A DNA stretch of 64,000 bases from IMG/VR virus record IMGVR_UViG_3300024272_002111. One strand, 5' to 3'. Origin of the DNA: an uncultured virus (IMG/VR IMGVR_UViG_3300024272_002111) (lineage: Duplodnaviria > Heunggongvirae > Uroviricota > Caudoviricetes). Positions 58,979 through 64,000 of this stretch are shown in pieces (position 1 is the stretch's first letter; each line of letters opens with the position of its first letter). The notes below the pieces were generated by a model. It saw nothing but the letters and a program-made list of their open reading frames with translations. It searched no databases and was not told the origin of the DNA. A program made the translations under genes and the position numbers.

Positions 58979-60418
58979 TTGAGTAAGAAGAAGGATAAAA
59001 TAACGGTACGATGTGTAGGTATGTCGTCTTCTGAGGTTACTGGATCTGGATATCTTGTGGAGTGCCCTACAGGTGAAAAAATTATTTTAGATTTAGGATT
59101 ATACCAGTCTTCGAAGCCGTATGAAGATTGGAAAATTAATAAAAGAAAATTTGATTTTAAACCTTCTGAAATAAATGCAGTAATTATCTCACATTCAAAT
59201 GCAGATCATTTTGCCTTATTACCAAAGGCGGTTCGAGATGGGTTGAGCTGTGATATTTTTATTGCGGCTGAAAATGTTGATTTCATGAAACCAATGCTGG
59301 AGGATTCGGCCAGAATCATGGAGAGAGATGTCCAATCTTTTAATAGAAAGTTAAAAAAAGAACACTCTCCTGTATACGACTTGGATGATGTAGCTGCTAC
59401 TCTTTCATTATTTAGAGGGTGTACAAAAAACGAAGACCATTATATTTCTGAAAATGTGTGGTTTAGACTTGTGAATGCAGGTCACATTTTTGGATCTTGT
59501 CAGATTGAATTATTTGTAAAAATGCCTTCTGGAGTGATAAAAAAGCTTGGTTATTCAGGTGATCTCGGAAATGTGATTTTCGAACAGCCTTTTGTAGAAC
59601 CATTAGAACCAATTACAAAATGTGCAATGTATATTGGAGAAACTACATATAATGATCCTAAACGTTCTGTAAAAAAAGGACAGCGTGAAAAAGATTTAGA
59701 GATGATGAAGAACGTTATTGAGCAGACTTGTATTGATAAAAAGGGGATTGTGCTTATCCCTACTTTTGCTTTACAGAGGACTGAAACAATGCTTTATATG
59801 CTTTGGAAGCTCTTTAAAGATGATGAAAAGTTTAATATTCCAATTGTAGTAGACTCTCCTCTTGCAGTTACTTTGCTTGATTGTTTTAGAAATAATCTTC
59901 AGGGCGAATGGCTTGATACATTTGATGAAATGATGACATGGAAGAATATTAAAGTTATTCGCACTGTTGAAGAAAGTATGGCATGTGTAGCAGATGATTC
60001 TCCGAAGATTGTATGTTCATCTTCCGGAATGCTCACACAAGGACGCAGTATTCTTTATTTAAAGAAGATTTTACCTAGAAGTAATTGTGCAATTTTAACA
60101 TGTGGTTATATGGCTGAGGGTGGAATTGGCTGGAAGATAAAGAATAATCCAAGCCAAAGAACAATTACAATTGACCAGAAAGCATATCCAAATCGTTGTG
60201 ATATCAAGTGTTTGGATTCGTTCTCAAGTCACATGCAGTATGAGCAGCTTATGAATTATTATACCAATCTTGCGAACAATGGTTGTGAGGTTATCTGGTT
60301 GGTTCATGGTGATAAGGGCAAGTTAAAGTTCAAGGAAGAATTGGAAAAGCGAATTAGCAAGATTTTAAAAACAACAAAAATCGTAGCTACCAATAGAGAT
60401 ACGGTGGCAAGAATTTAA
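58979..60418 (+). CDS. Metallo-beta-lactamase / beta-CASP nuclease
   Basis: EVTGS, DLG, SHSNADH, AGHIFGS, SGDLG, ETTY, FSSH, LVHG. Confidence 0.9.
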   Translation: MSKKKDKITVRCVGMSSSEVTGSGYLVECPTGEKIILDLGLYQSSKPYEDWKINKRKFDFKPSEINAVIISHSNADHFALLPKAVRDGLSCDIFIAAENVDFMKPMLEDSARIMERDVQSFNRKLKKEHSPVYDLDDVAATLSLFRGCTKNEDHYISENVWFRLVNAGHIFGSCQIELFVKMPSGVIKKLGYSGDLGNVIFEQPFVEPLEPITKCAMYIGETTYNDPKRSVKKGQREKDLEMMKNVIEQTCIDKKGIVLIPTFALQRTETMLYMLWKLFKDDEKFNIPIVVDSPLAVTLLDCFRNNLQGEWLDTFDEMMTWKNIKVIRTVEESMACVADDSPKIVCSSSGMLTQGRSILYLKKILPRSNCAILTCGYMAEGGIGWKIKNNPSQRTITIDQKAYPNRCDIKCLDSFSSHMQYEQLMNYYTNLANNGCEVIWLVHGDKGKLKFKEELEKRISKILKTTKIVATNRDTVARI

Positions 60419-60447
60419 AATATAAGGATTAAAAGGAGAACTAATAT

Positions 60448-61074
60448 ATGGAATTATTAGAATTTGAATTACCAGCTATATTAGGTAACGCCCAGAGTGA
60501 TAAGTTTTTATCACCGGAAGAATATACATATTGGAAGGCTAGAGAAAATCGAACCTTTTATATTGATTATGAGATTGATGAAGATTATCGTCTTGTAGAA
60601 CTTGGTAAGATTATTATTCAGATGAATATTGAGGAAAAGGATATCCCAAAGGAAGAATTAAAACCAATTTATTTATGGATTTATTCCTACGGAGGAGACC
60701 TTGATCAGTGTAATAGCTTATTAGATATTATTGCAGCAAGTCGTATTCCAATCATTACTATTTCTATGGGTGTATGTATGTCTGCCGGATTTATGTTGTT
60801 TTTAGCAGGACATCGTCGGTATGCGTTTTGCCATGCAAATATGATGGTTCACGAGGGTTCTGCTGCTTTTTCTGGAACCGCAGAACAGATTGAAGAAGCA
60901 CAGAAAAATTATAAAAAGCAGATTGCATCTATGAAAGAATATATTCTGTCAAGAACAGAAATGGACGAAAAAACTTTCAATAAAAACAAGTTAAAGGACT
61001 GGTATCTTACTGTAGACGAACTTGAAAAGTTTAAAGTGGCTACTATCGTTGATAGTTTTGATTCTATTATTTAA
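60448..61074 (+). CDS. ClpP-like protease
   Basis: SYGG, CMSAG (Ser), MVHE (His), KDWY (Asp). Confidence 0.85.
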   Translation: MELLEFELPAILGNAQSDKFLSPEEYTYWKARENRTFYIDYEIDEDYRLVELGKIIIQMNIEEKDIPKEELKPIYLWIYSYGGDLDQCNSLLDIIAASRIPIITISMGVCMSAGFMLFLAGHRRYAFCHANMMVHEGSAAFSGTAEQIEEAQKNYKKQIASMKEYILSRTEMDEKTFNKNKLKDWYLTVDELEKFKVATIVDSFDSII

Positions 61075-61177
61075 TTTTTAAACGCGAAATAGCGTATATT
61101 TTTACAAATAACATATTATCACAACCACCCTGCTATGTCAAGGGTAAATATAAGGATTAAAAGGAGTATAAAGAATT

Positions 61178-61393
61178 ATGGCAAAGCAGTTAAGTTATAA
61201 GAGAACAACAAGTGAGGCACTGACAGTAAAAGGTATTATGAATGCCGAAGCAACAGAGATTACTTATTTGAACGAGGACAAAGAAGAGGTTACTGTTGCG
61301 GTTCAGACATTATTAGATAAGTTTGCATCTCAGGGCGTGTCTTTAACCATTAAGACACAGACAGATGAGGAACTTGAGTTAGACGAAGAATAA
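61178..61393 (+). CDS. Small protein, YonK-like
   Basis: Size and position directly before phosphoesterase as in SPbeta. Confidence 0.55.
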   Translation: MAKQLSYKRTTSEALTVKGIMNAEATEITYLNEDKEEVTVAVQTLLDKFASQGVSLTIKTQTDEELELDEE

Positions 61394-61456
61394 AGTGCAA
61401 ATATTTAAGGAGGGTGCAAATTTTGCACTCTCCTATTTTATTGGAGGAAAAGGAAT

Positions 61457-62641
61457 TTGAATTATAAAAGATTTGAAAATGAATCCGACGAAGAGCTTAT
61501 CTACCGGATTACAGGTGAAAAGGAACAAATTGGATCTTGGCAAGATGTGGCTGACATATTAAATGAATTGTTGGGTACAGAATATACAGAATCAAAATTC
61601 CGTAAGCAGAGACAAGCGTTTGATAAGATGCTTGCTGCAAACCAGTCCAAATTTGTAAGTAATGATTCCCAGTTACAAGAATTGGTAGCACAGCGTCAGG
61701 AACTGGAAAAAGAAAAGGTAAAGCTTCGTGACGAACGCAACGAATTGCTTAGAGTCATTCGTGAAGAAGCTCGAAAAGAAAGTTATAAAGACCAGGTGCT
61801 TCGCAGTATTGAAGAATATCAGAATAAACCGTTAGATTATGATGAAAATAAACGTTTTACTGGTATTTTAAAGACTGATAATGACTTGATTATCTCTTGT
61901 ACTGATATTCATGCGGGCATTGAGATTAACAGTCATTTTAATAAGTATAATACTGATATTTTAAGAGACAGATTTAATCAGTATTTAGATAAGATTTTTG
62001 AAGTTCAGCTTAGACATGGTTCTGAAAACGCACATGTAATCTTATCTGAACTCGTGTCAGGAATTATACATAACACTCTTAGAATTGAAAACAATCAGAA
62101 TCTCATTGAGCAGTTTTTGACTGTTACAGATTATCTTTCTCAGTTCTTATCTGAAATGAGTTATCATTTTAACGAAGTAAATGTATATATTTGCCCAGGT
62201 AATCATTCGAGAATTAGTGCTAAGAAGGAAGATTCGTTAAAGGGAGAAAATATTGATCATCTTGCATTACCATATTTAAAGGCAAAATTGCAGAATTTTA
62301 GAAATATCGTATTTAATGAAAATGACATTGAGGAGTCTATTGCTATCTTTAAAGTTCGAGATAACTTAATTATGAGTTCTCATGGGGATAAGGATTCGCC
62401 ATCTAATGTGGTTCAAAAATTTACACTTTTATTTGGTGTAAAACCAGCCATCGTATATCTTGGCCATAGACATACTAATGGTTTAACAACGGTATATGAC
62501 ACAAAGGTTATTGAGAGTGGATGTCTGTCAGGGACTGATAATTATGCATTAGATTTGAGAGTACGAAACAAACCGGAACAAACTATTTCTGTTATTACTA
62601 CAAATGGTTTAGATTGTTTGTATGATGTTAAGTTTAACTAA
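61457..62641 (+). CDS. Coiled-coil plus calcineurin-like metallophosphoesterase (YonJ-like)
   Basis: TDIHAG, PGNH, SHGD, LGHRH motifs. Confidence 0.8.
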   Translation: MNYKRFENESDEELIYRITGEKEQIGSWQDVADILNELLGTEYTESKFRKQRQAFDKMLAANQSKFVSNDSQLQELVAQRQELEKEKVKLRDERNELLRVIREEARKESYKDQVLRSIEEYQNKPLDYDENKRFTGILKTDNDLIISCTDIHAGIEINSHFNKYNTDILRDRFNQYLDKIFEVQLRHGSENAHVILSELVSGIIHNTLRIENNQNLIEQFLTVTDYLSQFLSEMSYHFNEVNVYICPGNHSRISAKKEDSLKGENIDHLALPYLKAKLQNFRNIVFNENDIEESIAIFKVRDNLIMSSHGDKDSPSNVVQKFTLLFGVKPAIVYLGHRHTNGLTTVYDTKVIESGCLSGTDNYALDLRVRNKPEQTISVITTNGLDCLYDVKFN

Positions 62642-62690
62642 ATTTCTTGGAGGGTATCATGCCCTCCTATTTTCTTAAGGAGGGTAAAAT

Positions 62691-62915
62691 ATGTATAGAA
62701 TTATGTTGGTTGTAAAAGAGGGCAAAACTATTCAGGATACGCTCTACAAGTATTTGACTGTAACTAATACTAATGGCGAGATAATTCCTTTTGAGGTAGA
62801 TAATCTTCAAGCATTAGATGCACAGATTGAGACTATGCTCAAGGGTGATTATAGAAAAAAGGATTTTATTATTGTTTCTGAGACTACTTATGACATTGAT
62901 GCCAATTTAATGTAG
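62691..62915 (+). CDS. Hypothetical protein
   Basis: AGGAGG RBS. Confidence 0.6.
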   Translation: MYRIMLVVKEGKTIQDTLYKYLTVTNTNGEIIPFEVDNLQALDAQIETMLKGDYRKKDFIIVSETTYDIDANLM

Positions 62916-62934
62916 TAATACAAGGAGTAAAAGG

Positions 62935-63528
62935 ATGGAAAGAATTGTTATTGAAGATATTTTTGATGTAGCAGATATGATGTATGATTTGGCAATAGAC
63001 GATGGGTTACATTCAACATTTGTGGGTAAATACGAAGATGTCGTAGCTTTAATCAAGGATTTGGCAGTATTTGAGGAGATTAATTTCGAAATCATTGAAG
63101 TAAATCCATATTGTGATTATGACAAGGAATATTATGTGACTCTTGGTGCAGAAGATATGAGCCTTGCTGTTGAAAAGGCTTATTATAATAATGCGTATTT
63201 AATTCATGAGACAGATGTTTTACTAATTGCAGATGATTGTAATTCTAAGATTTTAGAACGTATTGATTATGATACTGTTTTCGAAATTGGCTATGAGGTT
63301 GATGAGCCAGAATGTGATGGTGATTGTGAAAATTGTCATTTAAGTGAGCCAGATACACATGAAGTTATTACTCGTGTTGCCACTGATGATAATGGTAAGT
63401 TAAGAGGTTTTGAAAAGTCTTGGGAAACCAAGGAAGACGGAATGACTTACCACAGTACATATCAGTTTTATTCAAGTGATGAGAAGATGCTTAAGGATAT
63501 GTTGGAGAATTTTAAGATTAAATATTAG
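62935..63528 (+). CDS. Hypothetical acidic protein
   Basis: CDGDCENC motif; ORF track. Confidence 0.65.
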   Translation: MERIVIEDIFDVADMMYDLAIDDGLHSTFVGKYEDVVALIKDLAVFEEINFEIIEVNPYCDYDKEYYVTLGAEDMSLAVEKAYYNNAYLIHETDVLLIADDCNSKILERIDYDTVFEIGYEVDEPECDGDCENCHLSEPDTHEVITRVATDDNGKLRGFEKSWETKEDGMTYHSTYQFYSSDEKMLKDMLENFKIKY

Positions 63529-63565
63529 TTATTAAGGAGAGTGGTTGCCCACTCTCCTATTATAT

Positions 63566-63639
63566 TGGGATGTAATTCAGTTTGGCAGAATGCGTGATTT
63601 GGGATCACGATGTCGTCGGTTCGAACCCGGCCATTCCAA
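63566..63639 (+). tRNA. tRNA-Pro(UGG)
   Basis: CGTGA-TTTGGGA-TCACG anticodon arm, TTCGAAC T-loop. Confidence 0.9.
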
Positions 63640-63811
63640 TTTTGGTCAGATGGAAAATCTGATAAGGAGTTAAAGTAGGACGGTTTATACTGTCCTATCT
63701 CCACCTTCTATGTGTAGACGAATGTTTGGGTATGCTCCAAACGGCACAGAATATTAGAAGGGCGTGGCGAAATGCTGCGCTCTATTTTATTGCACAAAGG
63801 AGGAAATAATT

Positions 63812-64000
63812 ATGGGTAAAAGATTTAGTCCAAAAAAATATAATATTATTTGTGGGGTTTATGCTATTACAAATAAGATTAACGGGAAAAAGTATATTGG
63901 GAAATCGGAAAATATTTATGTTAGATGGGACGAACATAGAAAAGAATTAAATAAAAATATACATAACAATAAACATTTACAAAGAGCATGGAATAAATAT
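63812..64000 (+). CDS. GIY-YIG endonuclease, runs off window end
   Basis: Hand translation: CGVYAITNKINGKKYIGKS..RWDEH..HNNKHLQRAWNKY; AGGAGG RBS. Confidence 0.85.
   Translation, partial: MGKRFSPKKYNIICGVYAITNKINGKKYIGKSENIYVRWDEHRKELNKNIHNNKHLQRAWNKY

Noticed and set aside
1..64000. Stop-codon reassignment
   Set aside because: Long genes are intact under code 11, TAG/TAA/TGA all end genes, and no suppressor tRNA was seen

Overview
The whole window looks like part of a large, AT-rich, SPbeta-like temperate phage genome with a probable Clostridia/Lachnospiraceae-type host (host is inferred). Minus strand, ~49.4 kb to position 1: a long array of small acidic genes (27.9-49.4 kb); a tyrosine recombinase / DGQHR / MrpR-like triad resembling SPbeta yopP-yopQ-yopR; ligA-nadR-pnuC; a Pnk-HD protein and an RNA ligase flanking a tRNA cluster that also holds a TnpB-only element and a chemotaxis receptor; and a yorF-yorL-like replication module ending in dnaE. 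Plus strand from ~50.9 kb: a CoiA-like protein, YonO-like single-subunit RNA polymerase, HU, a structured RNA/tRNA cluster, beta-CASP nuclease, ClpP-like protease, metallophosphoesterase, tRNA-Pro and a partial GIY-YIG gene. Two dispersed DNA motifs stand out. (A) An 18-bp 6-6-6 imperfect palindrome, AT(C/A)AAA-N6-TTT(T/G)AT, with a different spacer each time, at 27 positions. It usually lies between one gene's stop codon and the next gene's RBS, which suggests an integron-like or pdif-like cassette array, and an intact tyrosine recombinase lies nearby. (B) A directional 18-bp motif, AACTAGAYATAATTAAA (23 copies), flanks or overlaps sigmaA promoters and is a candidate operator. All counts and alignments were made by eye.
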